Assembly: GCA_040285825.1 (NCBI GenBank)
Contig: JAUPSS010000007.1
Span: 2,454,689 to 2,518,688 of the forward strand
Length of the DNA: 64,000 nt
Source: Eukaryota sp. TZLM1-RC
Lineage: Eukaryota; Protista; Metamonada: BaSk clade
Reading direction: 5' to 3'
Shown here: piece by piece, positions 1 to 10,678 of the stretch
How the letters are laid out: each line of letters begins with the position of its first letter
Position numbering within the stretch: position 1 is the first letter of the stretch
Notes under the pieces: generated by a model
What the model saw: only the letters and a program-made list of their open reading frames with translations
Databases searched by the model: none
Told to the model about the DNA's origin: nothing
Translations under genes and position numbers: made by a program

Positions 1-485
1 TTTGATAACCGCAGACGAAAAGAGAAACGGTTCCGAAAGAGTCTCAACAAATTTTAAAGGCTGGCTGGACATTCTGAAAAACTCTACCTTGCGGTGGGTT
101 CTGCTAATTCCCCTTCTGATTGCCGAAAGGTCAATCGATATGGATCAACAAGGGCTTTTAGAAAATGGTTGTGTTATCAAAGGGCGTGAAGCACTTGTCA
201 ACCAGTGAATTCAATACAAGCAAACTATCCAGTTGTTGCATTGCCGAGAATATTCAAGCAGGCTCATGGCAGATGCGTATTTGTACTGAGTGTCAAATAG
301 TATATGACAGAGATATTTCCGCTGTAAAAAATATTCAAATTAAGAAGAAAGCGGAATTGTGGGTGGCCGAAAAGATTCATTTGCCCAAATGCTCTGTTGA
401 GGAGATGAATGGGGAACCTGAGCATACAGAAACAAAAACTTTGGAAAAACTTATATCTTTTTTGAGTTTCTTTATTTTTTTTTAA
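1..485 (+). pseudogene. Fanzor/TnpB-like RNA-guided nuclease, C-terminal part, disrupted (runs off window start)
   Basis: Frame 1 reads FDNRRRKEKRFRKSLNKF*RLAGHSEKLYLAVGSAN. After a frameshift the 165..485 frame reads SEFNTSKLSSCC...RICTECQIVYDRDISAVKNI, matching the RuvC-II Glu, zinc ribbon and DRDxxAxxNI RuvC-III motif of TnpB/Fanzor. It carries an in-frame stop and a frameshift. Confidence 0.75.
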
Positions 486-504
486 TTTTTTTAAAAACTT
501 TTGA

Positions 505-610
505 GGCCGATCTACAAATACCTTGGTAGCATTTGGTAGATTCACTTAAATACATCAAGTCGCGAGGCTTTGTCTTGTGAAAGCAGTAGGTGTATTTAAG
601 TGAGGTAGCC
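505..610 (+). ncRNA. Candidate omegaRNA scaffold downstream of Fanzor
   Basis: Hairpin at 510-541. A 15-bp stem pairs 542-556 with 589-603 and encloses a hairpin at 560-580 with three G-U pairs. The region lies directly after the Fanzor ORF. Confidence 0.45.
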
Positions 611-832
611 CATTGATGAAGATCATGATTGTCTTTGTCAAATGACGCTACATCTCTCTTACGACCTGTTAGTAGACACTGAGAAAGTTGAATACAGGAG
701 TGAATTTTACAGGGAAATGTATGATGAGTGACATTCACAATAGTTACTGGATAATTTATATTTAAATTAAGTCATTGCAATAACTAAGTACAAGTTATGA
801 GCAGCCGTAGAAAAACAAACTGAGAGTTTGGG

Positions 833-900
833 TCCTAACATTTTTGAACCTGATCTGAACTGAACCAGTTGAAAAAGCTCAGAACCAGTTCCGAATTGAC
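833..900. repeat. Partial copy of a GAACC/GAACT-rich dispersed repeat (MITE-like)
   Basis: cctaacatttttgaacctgatctgaactgaaccagttgaaaaagctcagaaccagtt aligns with the reverse complement of ~56165-56233. Confidence 0.65.
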
Positions 901-974
901 GCAATAAAAGCTTTTGTTTCTTTGGTGAAACTTGTCTTCACCAACATTAAACCTATTAAACAAAGTGTTCATTG

Positions 975-1511
975 ATGGACGATCCTGACTCCTTCTTTCC
1001 TCCTTCTATGGATTTTTCACTTCCAGAAGATTTCGACACAACTCGTATTCCTTCTCCTCCTACAACACAACACCCTCCCCAGTCCGAGGCTACTGACAAT
1101 GAAGTTATCGAATCTTGGACACAACCTCCATTTGCTGATACCGCAGGCCACTTTACCCGTGTGGATCTTAAACTATCAGCTTTGCTTGCTGATACTACTT
1201 TTAGAAATGCTCACCCACATTTAAAAGAACGTCTATCCCTGTATAGAGACAAGGCAACTACCTTTGAGAGCATCGTTAAGTGGAAATTACGCACCATTTT
1301 TGGTCAAGCCAGGAGAGATGTACACGTGTGCATTAAGGCTGCAGTGAAATTATTTGTTGTACAGTTAATAGAGGAAGCGTTGGAATTACAGAAATCAAGT
1401 GGTGAACCCTTACCTTTGAAAAGTTCTTTTGTTGCGACCGCTTTTTCAATAATATCCGCTAGAGGTGATGGTCCTATTCCAGTGAAAAAAAAACGGTATT
1501 TTTCCCGGTAG
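975..1511 (+). CDS. TAF11: TFIID subunit TAF11-like histone-fold protein
   Basis: The C-terminal ...AVKLFVVQLIEEALELQKSSGEPLPLKSSFVATAF resembles the TAF11 histone fold (KVFVGEVVEEALDV..GE..PLQP). The N-terminus is acidic and Pro-rich. Confidence 0.65.
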   Translation: MDDPDSFFPPSMDFSLPEDFDTTRIPSPPTTQHPPQSEATDNEVIESWTQPPFADTAGHFTRVDLKLSALLADTTFRNAHPHLKERLSLYRDKATTFESIVKWKLRTIFGQARRDVHVCIKAAVKLFVVQLIEEALELQKSSGEPLPLKSSFVATAFSIISARGDGPIPVKKKRYFSR

Positions 1512-1902
1512 TTTTTTGATACAATTTTGCTATCTATGAGTAGTCAATTGGATAGTTTGTATAGTGTGAATTAGTAGAGTCTCAGTTTCAAGCAGAAATC
1601 TCTTTTGTATGGTATTGTTTTGTGGTCTCTATGTGATAAGATTGATTGTAAAGTATTGTTCTTGTATGAGAATAAAACATATTGTTTTTGGAAATTGCAA
1701 ATTATTTGAAATTATATAGCTTTCAATTCTTTAAATCTGTAAGTCCCGTAACAATTGTGTAGTCATTAAAACAAACCACCAACACAATGGCCTGTGTGGA
1801 ATGACACCTCATTCTACAACTTCTGTTGCTGAGTTCCTGTAGTAACAATCAACTAAGAATCTCAATAAGGCTACAATGTGATGAAATTCTTTTACCCAAA
1901 AA

Positions 1903-2857
1903 ATGCGCAAACCTACTGGTACCAAAATGTCTAGTCCTGCTCCTGCTCGATCCACACCTACAAATCCTCCACCGCCCTCTTCTCCTAAAAAACAATGTAT
2001 CAAGGAGGCCAACTTGGCATCCGATCCCAATGTTCGATTCCGAGCACACATGGAGGTGCGTCTCTTATATCTCTTTTGATCTTAGGATAGTCATTGCTTA
2101 GAGGACACATTCAGCAGCAATCGGGATGCTTTCTATGCTATTTTTGATGGACATGGTGTACGTAACACTCTTTCTTCTCTAACAACAGGGCCGTGAAGCT
2201 GCCGATCAGATCGCCGTGAATTTCCCCTCTATATTCCGTCAACACCTCGCTTCTTCCTCGCTTAATCATATCGAAGAAGTTTGGTTCAAGACATATCGCG
2301 ATGTTGATGGTAAGCTTGACGAGCAAGCTATGCAGTTTCAGGGAGCCGCCGCCGTTGCCACATACATTCATTGCAATGAAGATGGAAGCAAAACAGTATA
2401 TGCTTCTAATCTTGGAGACGCTAGAGCTGTTATCTACACAGATAAAACAACCACTCGATTGACAAAAGACCACAAAGCTTCAGACAGGGGTGAAATTGAA
2501 CGTATTACAGGATTAGGTGGTTTTGTTATCGCCAGCAGAGTACAAGGTATTCTTTCTGTAAGCAGGGCTCTTGGTGACCATGGATTAAAGCCTTACGTCT
2601 CTGTGGAACCTTATGTCTACTCACACACATGTACCGCTGAAGCTATGCAGTCTTCTGATCCATCTTTCCTTATAATTGCGTGTGATGGTTTATGGGACAT
2701 TTTCAATGACCAGGACGCTGTAAATATTGCTAGAGAAGAGTTGACAAAGAAGGAATCGCCCGAACCACTTTCCAAGAGAATGGCCGAGAGATTATTGGGT
2801 TCTGCTTTACAGGGAGGGTCAACTGATAATATCAGTATCATTGTTGTTATATTGTAG
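1903..2857 (+). CDS. Protein phosphatase 2C (exons 1903-2055, 2086-2157, 2189-2857; ~297 aa)
   Basis: Splicing restores RAHME|D and FDGHG|G. Other motifs: NLGDARAV, LTKDHK, SRALGD, ACDGLWD, GSTDNISII. Introns 2056-2085 and 2158-2188 are GT-AG. Confidence 0.92.
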
Positions 2858-3582
2858 TTGTTGTACGATGTTTCTTAACACAAATAAAATTGTCTTGTCT
2901 TTGCACCCTCCATGTGTAAAATAATGTTTTTATATTGTATTTTATATTATGCTGCTTTATAGTTCTTACTTGAGTGTATTTGGATGAAATTGGAAATAAG
3001 TCTTGCTTTTAATGATCTTTTCCATCAGTAACAAATTTCTGAGATTATTATAAAATGTATTAATCATGAGAACATATAATAGACCAGCAAAACCAACAGC
3101 ATTGTAATGTTATGCAGAAGCAGGTTTTGAATTAACAATAAAAAATATAAATAAGAATAATAACAATAAGACAATGAGGGAAACGTGATTCAACGTCACG
3201 TCTAGATTTCCTCTTGGAGGAATTTGTAACTGCTTTCCCCTCTCTCCAAATGACATGTCAGCCAGTATGTCTTGTGATCTGGGTTTGTTCAACAACTGTG
3301 TGGTAGAGGATGTGGTAGTAGTAGTTTTGTGTACCTCGCATTACGCTACCAATGATGAATATTTTATGTAGGTCTTACACTGTCCGCTCTTTCTTTTACA
3401 ATGGTGTTATAGTAATATTAGGAAATCTTATGCTGTATCTGCTCACAGAGCTGTCAAGGTTCTCAAAAGTGATCTCACCAATTCTCTCAAAATAATTTTG
3501 ACCTACCTTTTTGACCTCATCCCTCAAATTTAAACTCCATCTTCACTTCTAATAATTCTTTTTGAAGACCAAAATCCTTGTG

Positions 3583-6500
3583 ATGTCGACACGTGTAGGA
3601 TTTGCTGCTAAAGATGAGATCAAACGTCTAGCTCCCAGGCCCAAGGCACCCGAAGAAACTGTTACAGTTACTATCAACAACGTTAACCATGATGTTCCCA
3701 AGGAGTATACCATTCTAGATGCCTGTAGATCCGTTGGTGATTTTGTTCCCACCTGCTGCCATCATGCTCGCCTAAAACCTTTAGGCCGTTGTGGAGTCTG
3801 TGTAGTTGAAGCAGATGGTAATCTTGCTTACTCCTGCTGTGCTAAAGTTTCTGAAGGACAAGTTATCACCACAAATAGCGGTATTGTCAGAGCTAAACAA
3901 GCTTCCGCATTGAGAGCAATGAAGGATCGTCAGACAGTACGTCAAACTCCTAAACTCGAGGACCAGAATGAATTTGATGCCGTTATGAACTGGTGTAACG
4001 ACAATATTTTGGAGTCTAATGGAGCTATTCGCATTGGTTTGTTTCTAACTCCTTGTCTAACATAAGATCCCACTTTATGTGTTGATTGTTCTCGATGTGC
4101 TACCGCTTGTTCCTCTCTTCAGGACATGGGTATCTTGGAAGTTCATCCTAAGGATGGTGTTCGTCCCGTTGGTGCTATTGATCTCAATGACACTGCCTGT
4201 ATTTCGTGTGGACAATGTACTTCTTTCTGTCCTTCTGGAGCAATTGCTGAGGAAAGTCACATCGATAGAATTCTCCAAGCTAAACGTCAAGGTAAAATTC
4301 TTGTCGCTCAAACTGCTCCTGCTGTCAGAGTTGCTCTTGATGAACTCTTTGATGTTTCTGGTTCCGAAGAAACCCCCAAAGCACGCACTGGTAGAATGGT
4401 TCATGCTCTTCGCAAGCTTGGTGTTGATTATGTCTTTGATTCTCAGTTCACCGCTGATCTTACCATAATGGAAGAAGCTTCAGAACTTATCGAGAGAGTC
4501 ACCAAAAAACTGGGTGGTGATGACTCTGTTACTCTTCCTATGGTCACTTCTTGCTGTCCAGCCTGGGTCAATGCTGTAGAACTCAAGTATCCTGATCTTA
4601 TTCCCCATCTTTCTTCATGTAAATCTCCAATGATGATGCTTGGTGCCCTTATCAAGAATTACTTTGCTCCACAGGTACTCAAGGTTGATCCATCCAATGT
4701 ATTTTCATTCGCTGTTATGCCTTGCACAGTATGTTTCACTTGAAATATCTTACTTTAGGCCAAAAAAGTATTGTTACTTTTATATTTTTTTACCCCAGGG
4801 AGAAGCTGCTCGCGACAACAATGCAACCACAGAAGCTGTATTAACTACCCGTGAATTGGCTCAGTTGATTAAAATGCAAAACGTTGACTACAAGAGTCTT
4901 TCTTTTTCCGAATTTGATAATGTCTTGGGTGAATCCACTGGTGCTGCTGCCATTTTTGGAAACTCTGGTGGTGTTATGGAAGCTGCTCTCAGAACTGCTT
5001 ACTTTATGCTCTCTGGTAAAGAGCTTGACAAAGTTGAACTCCATGCTGTCCGTGGTTTTGAAGGTCTCAGAGAAGCTACCATCCCGGTTCCCTTGAAAGC
5101 AGGTGGTAATTTGGATGTTCGAGTGGCCATTTGTTCAGGAATCAAGTATGCTCAACAATTTATCACATCACCTGATTGGAAGGATCGTTTTGATTTCTTT
5201 GAAGTCATGGCATGTCAAGGTGGTTGCATCTGTGGTGGTGGTCAACCCCATTCTCTCAATCCCTCTATTGTTCAAGAACGCTGTGAACGATTGTATGATG
5301 TTGATGTTGACAAAACTGTCAGAAAATCACATCACAATGTTTCTGTTCAAAAACTTTATGAGAACTTTTTAGAAGCCCCTCTTAGCCACAAATCTCATGA
5401 GCTTTTGCATACTCATTATGCCGATCGTAGCTGGCAGGTGCAAAAGATTGGAGATGAACAAGATGATGACGAAGAAGAGGTTCAAGATGGAGATGTCAAT
5501 GTTTCCATTGTGTATGCCACTCAAACTGGAAACTCTAAGAACTTTGCTCAAACAATGGCTGATGAAATTAAGACCCGTGGAGGTGCCGCCAAAATTGTCC
5601 AAGCTGACAAGATTTCTGTTGATGATCTTGCTTCAAAGTCTCTATTGGTCTTTATCAATTCCACTTTTGGACAAGGTGAACATAATGATATGGCATCACC
5701 TCTTTGGGACTCTCTTCAAAATGCATCTTCTGGACTGCTTTCTAATACCAAATTCGCAGTTTTTGGCCTTGGCTCTTCTGCTTATCCTCTCTTCTGCAAG
5801 TCTTCTGAACTTTTTGATCAAAAATTTGAAGAACTTGGAGGTGAACGTATTACTGTTATGGGCAAAGGTGATGAAAAGTCTGATGCTGGCTTATTTGGTG
5901 GTTTCTCGGATTTCACTGAAAAATTGTATGAAGAATTAGGTCTTGCAGGTGATACTGTACCAACTATTCCTGCTCCCAAGTACAATGTTGTTCTTGCTCC
6001 TCAATCTGCTAGGGGAATTCCTGCTGCTGGTTACAAGTATGCTAAGTTGAAGACCAACACTGTCATCACCCCTAGTCACAATAAGAGATTATGTCGTCTT
6101 ATTGAACTAGATTTAACTTATACCGGACTTGAATATAAGACAGGATGGCATGTATCAATTCTTCCAAGGTCCAGTGACGCCGATGTTGAAGCTTTTATTA
6201 CTGAAATCTTGGGTCTGGATCCTAAAACAGTTATTTTGGTAACACCTTCTTCTGATAGTCCAGTTGTCCCTGGTTTGGAACATCCAGTTACTCTATTTGA
6301 AGCATTTTCCCAGTATATTGACATTTCAGGTCGTGTCAACAAGAACTTCCTCAAGGCTTTGATTCCATTTGCTGATAATAAGGAACAATTTGATAAGCTA
6401 ATGTATCTTACTTCTAAGGAAGGCTCTGATCAATTCACTACCGAATATATTAAGGAATGCAAAACCTACTTTGAAGTGTTGCGAGAGTTTGACTCTTGTA

Positions 6501-7201
6501 GGCCTAATGTTGGTCATTTAATCGCAATGATTCCCCCTGTCAAGCCTCGTCTTTATTCTATTGCAAGCTCGCATAAAATGCATCCAGGTACCATCCAATT
6601 GTTGATTGGTAAGGTATTTTGGGAGACTCCAAAGGGTGTCACTCGATATGGAATGACGACTTTATGGCTTGATCATGCACAGGTAGGTTCAAAGATTGCC
6701 ATTTCTGTTCATTCATCTCCTCTTACCCCTCCTGAAGATCTCTCCAAGCCCATTTTAATGGCCAGTATGGGTAGTGGCTTTGCTCCTTTCAGAGGTTTCC
6801 TGCAAGATAGGGAAATTGAACATAATGTCAACAATAACGAAACTGGTAAGATGATTCTGTTCTTTGGTTGTCGTAGACCTGACGAAGATTGGATTTGTGA
6901 AGATGAAATGAAGCAATGGGAAAATAGTGGACTTGCTGAATTCTCTTATGCTTTCTCCAGAGTATCTGCCAAGAAGGTTTACATTACCCACAAGGTTGCT
7001 GAACGCCTGGAAGATTTGTGGCAGCTGTTGGGTGTTGAAGGCGGTGGTTTGTATTATTGTGGGGGAATTGGACCTGATGCCCAGTTAAGAAATTCTGTGA
7101 AAAAGTCGTTCATTGAAGTTGGTGGTTTAACCGAGGAAGAAGCTGATGCTCGTATTGCCAAGATGGAACAGGACGGTTTAATGGTCCTTGAAGCTTGGTA
7201 G
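3583..7201 (+). CDS. hydA: [FeFe]-hydrogenase fused to flavodoxin + FAD/NADPH reductase (CPR/CysJ-like); exons 3583-4036, 4067-4728, 4759-4767, 4799-7201; ~1175 aa
   Basis: 2Fe-2S site (PTCC..GRCGVC..SC), two 4Fe-4S sites (CVDCSRCATAC, CISCGQCTSFCP), H-cluster motifs TSCCPAW, MPCTAKKGE and EVMACQGGCICGGGQP, small-subunit motif SHELLHTHY, flavodoxin YATQTGNS/FGLGSSAY, FAD motif RLYSIASS, NADPH motifs GSGFAPFRGF, FFGCR and AFSR, terminal Trp. Confidence 0.95.
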
Positions 7202-7559
7202 TTTGTATTTCTAAGTTTATAAAAATATTATTGTGTATATTTTTTTTGATTTTTTTACATCTTCGGTTCAAAATACTGTGATGACCAATGACTACATGAG
7301 GAATATTCCAACACTGTCTTGAAATCAGTAATTTATTGACTTAGTGGTTTCACCAACTTCAATCTTGTTCATCCACAAACCCATTTTTCACGAAGGGATA
7401 TGATCAATTTATTCATTTAGTAACACTGAATTCGTGAAAAATGTGCAACTGCTCACCTAAGTTGCCTATCTAGATCCAAATGAGTCAGTATCCACAAGAA
7501 GCAAATCCTTTTATGGAAATTTAGCCATTTAAATTATTATTTTATTCATTCAACAAGAA

Positions 7560-9075
7560 ATATGAAAACATAAAATACACAATTAAAACACAATTAAAAC
7601 TCCACATCCTCAAAACCTGTCTCCACTACATCAAAACAATTAATTGCTGAAGACTCAGAAAATTTCCCAAAAGAAGAGAGTGAATCAGAAATTAGTTTCA
7701 CCATTCCCTTAAAAATAGAAAATACAATCCTGTTTTGCCAGTAAACACGATTGAAAATTCTTCCAGTTCTTTCCTTTACAACTACAACAAAATCCTCAAG
7801 GAAAGCCATAGCAGCCTTACCTAGAGATCCAAGCAAAGAAAAAAATCAATTATATTGGGCTGATATGAGAATTTTCATTAATCGAGGAAATGAGTTTAGC
7901 ATATTTAGCAATTTTATATTTTTCGCCTGCAAGAAGAGGATTATTTACATCCGAGTTAATGAGATGTTCGTTAGAAGAATTACAAGGGTCAATAGACATG
8001 GCGTATAAAATAGTAAAACTACCATTTAAACCGGAAACAACTAGATCACCTCTTGTCAAACCCACAGAAGCTCTGTTGTAACGCGTCTTATCAATATTGG
8101 GGTCATCAAGAATTAATTTTGATCTAAAAAGGGATCTACTCGATATGATTTGCACATTACATAAACTTGGTCCCTGACATTATTATGCACTTTGCTTCTT
8201 AATGTAATGAAATGTTTACAGTTCAAAAGATGAGCAAACAAAAGAGGTTTACCACATTTACAAGTTAAATGATTGGGCAAATTGTTTGGCCACAGAGCAC
8301 AACGAAAACGCATGTTTAAAAGCCATTCATTGTTTTTTAACAAAAGTCCATAAACAGAGGAAATTTCAGTTACTAAAGCAGCCGCAGAACCATCACGAAT
8401 GTCCTTTAAAAAATTACCGAAAGCGGGATTTTCAGTTTTGGCCAAGCCAAGTCTTACTTCATAATCCAAGCCTTCATATAATTTAACCTGATGGTGCTGA
8501 AGCTTTTTCAGGCAAAAACGTAAACTTGGAAGTGATCGGGTGGAATTTCTTGAACATTTTGAGGAAAACACTGAATCCAGATATCACTAGGCAAATTATC
8601 TAATTCAATTTGAAGTTGATTCAAATAAAAACTTGATTCGCAATGGATCAAATGAACAGCAAAAGGAAACCTTTGGAAAAATTCAAAAATATAATTTTTT
8701 TCCACCTCCTAAAAAAGCTGCTTTACATAAAATGGAACATTTCGTGATACCAATTCCACCCAATTCAACAGAACAGACACATGACTTCGAATTAACGATT
8801 CATTTATCTCCAATAAAGAAGAAAATAATTTGACCCGAAGTTTGTTGAAAGATCTACAAAAATGAAGAGAAACTGAGGGAGGAGTTGATCTTAAAATATG
8901 AGTGAATTTTCCAGAATAACAAATTCTTTTATGGAAATTTAGCCATTTGTATTGAGAACACAGCACACAATTATTTGTTGATAAAAGTATTTCTAGTCTG
9001 AAAATAATGCTTATATTTTTCAAATTGATAGTTATAATAAAGAGCATAATCTCTTTGCACAATAAATACATCTTA
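7560..9075 (-). mobile_element. Decayed CRE-like non-LTR retrotransposon (RT C-terminus, CCHC, RLE endonuclease), family A
   Basis: Fragmented ORFs read CYSGKFTHILRSTPP, CKCGKP..HLLNCKHF..SKVHNNVRDQ and RGDLVVSG, and end in EDVEF*. Multiple frameshifts. Confidence 0.8.
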
Positions 9076-9210
9076 CCAACTTTTTATAATGGCTCAGCTT
9101 ATTGTCAATCAATACCAAGTCACACGCATTATAAAGGATATAATACAATAGAACATCTCAAAAAGAACAAAATAAATTCAATGTATTGGTAAAAATATAA
9201 AACAATAAAT

Positions 9211-10513
9211 TTAATCCACAAACAAATCAGTATCACGTCTAACCATCTTAAATTCAGCATCATCACGGTCCCAAAGCATACTAGGTGGTGTGGTTGTGGA
9301 AAATTCAATACCAAAATGAGAAGCACTAGAAATAAAGGTAGGATCCGAAGATATTTCAAAAAACCTGTCAAAATCTATCCAAGTTTTCCATTCCCCATCA
9401 ATAAAAAGCGATTTATGGGCTAAGCAGACAGCACGGGAAGGCAAATGTGTTGAGATAATTGAGTAATCCCCATTAGAAGCTTCCTCAACCAACCTTGCAA
9501 ACTCTAAAGTATCCTCAGGAAAAGGCATAGAAGACATGGAAAGAATGTTCCTTCCTGTGGTAGAAGCACCTCCGACATGAGTGTATCCCTTCACTTCAAT
9601 AAACAATGGTGAACCTCGTCTGATAAGTTGCATGAAACCGTCAATATGCTCAGGAAGAGTGTTGACACCCTTGATAGCGGTCAATCTAATACAGGTCCTT
9701 GCCTTCAGAGTAGAGAGGACCGTGAGTGAATCAAGAAGACGTTGCCAGTAATCCTTGGACATTGGCCTATCAATTTGCTTCAAAAGCTCAGGATTAGGGG
9801 CATCTACTGAAACGTAAACCTGTGTTGCCAATGAGATTTTCCCTAATCTGGATGGATTCTAAAGTAAGATTATAACAAGAAGAGAAACAAACCTGTCCAT
9901 TACAAACAACAAAAGTACTAATTCTTCTTCTATGAAACTGTTCAAGAAGTTCATCAAAATGAGGGTACAGTATGGGTTCGCCGACTAAGCTGAGGGCCAC
10001 ATGTTTAGGCGTCAGTGCCTTCTCTACGAGATCCAGGTCAACGTTTGGAACACCGCGATGTTCCTTCACTAGTTTTTGTTGACCTAAAACAAGCGCTTCA
10101 CAAAGCTCAACCGGAGGAGCAGCCTTCCATTTCCAATCTTCTGCCAATGGTGCTTGTTGGTGTCTCCAACAGAATATACACCGATTCGCGCAAGAAAGCG
10201 AAACCGTGCTTTGAATGCAAAAGGCAGTGTCGATGCCATAAAAGTCGTGTTTATAACACAGGGATGTAGTATCTCCGTCAAGAACAGGAACAGGATCATT
10301 ACGAAGACTCCTTTTAGACCAGGAGCAAAGTTTGACCGCAGAATGGGGAGGAATAACGTAGTAACCTTGTTTTGAAAGTTCTGTCTGATAAGATTCACTT
10401 GTTTGATCCCCAATGTTTTCTATATCAGCAAGAAAGTCTGGAACAGAAGTGGGAGGAAACTTTTTGTCGTTTTTTGCTCGAACAACATCGCGATTTCTAG
10501 AGCGGTTTCCCAT
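9211..10513 (-). CDS. TYW1: tRNA 4-demethylwyosine synthase TYW1/Taw1 radical SAM enzyme lacking the flavodoxin domain (intron 9859-9892; ~422 aa)
   Basis: HSAVKLCSW, CYKHDFYGI, CANRCIFCWR (CxxxCxxC), HVALSLVGEPILYP, TQVYVSVDAPN, FIEVKGYT, WKTWIDFDRF. A 34-nt GT-AG intron joins the two ORFs in frame. Confidence 0.92.
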
Positions 10514-10678
10514 ATGTAGAAAGAAGTTTAAAGGGTGAGGAAGGAAAAATTGACTATCAACTTGATAGTATTAACTTAGAGTGTTGGAAAGGTCAAAATT
10601 AATGGAATACAATTGAATTGTTTCAAAAGATAAGACCAAAACATATTCGATAACTTCATCTCAACGTCAACATTATCC
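10514..10678. promoter_or_regulatory. Putative bidirectional promoter TYW1/PFO (165 bp)
   Basis: Divergent start codons at 10513 (-) and 10679 (+). Confidence 0.5.
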
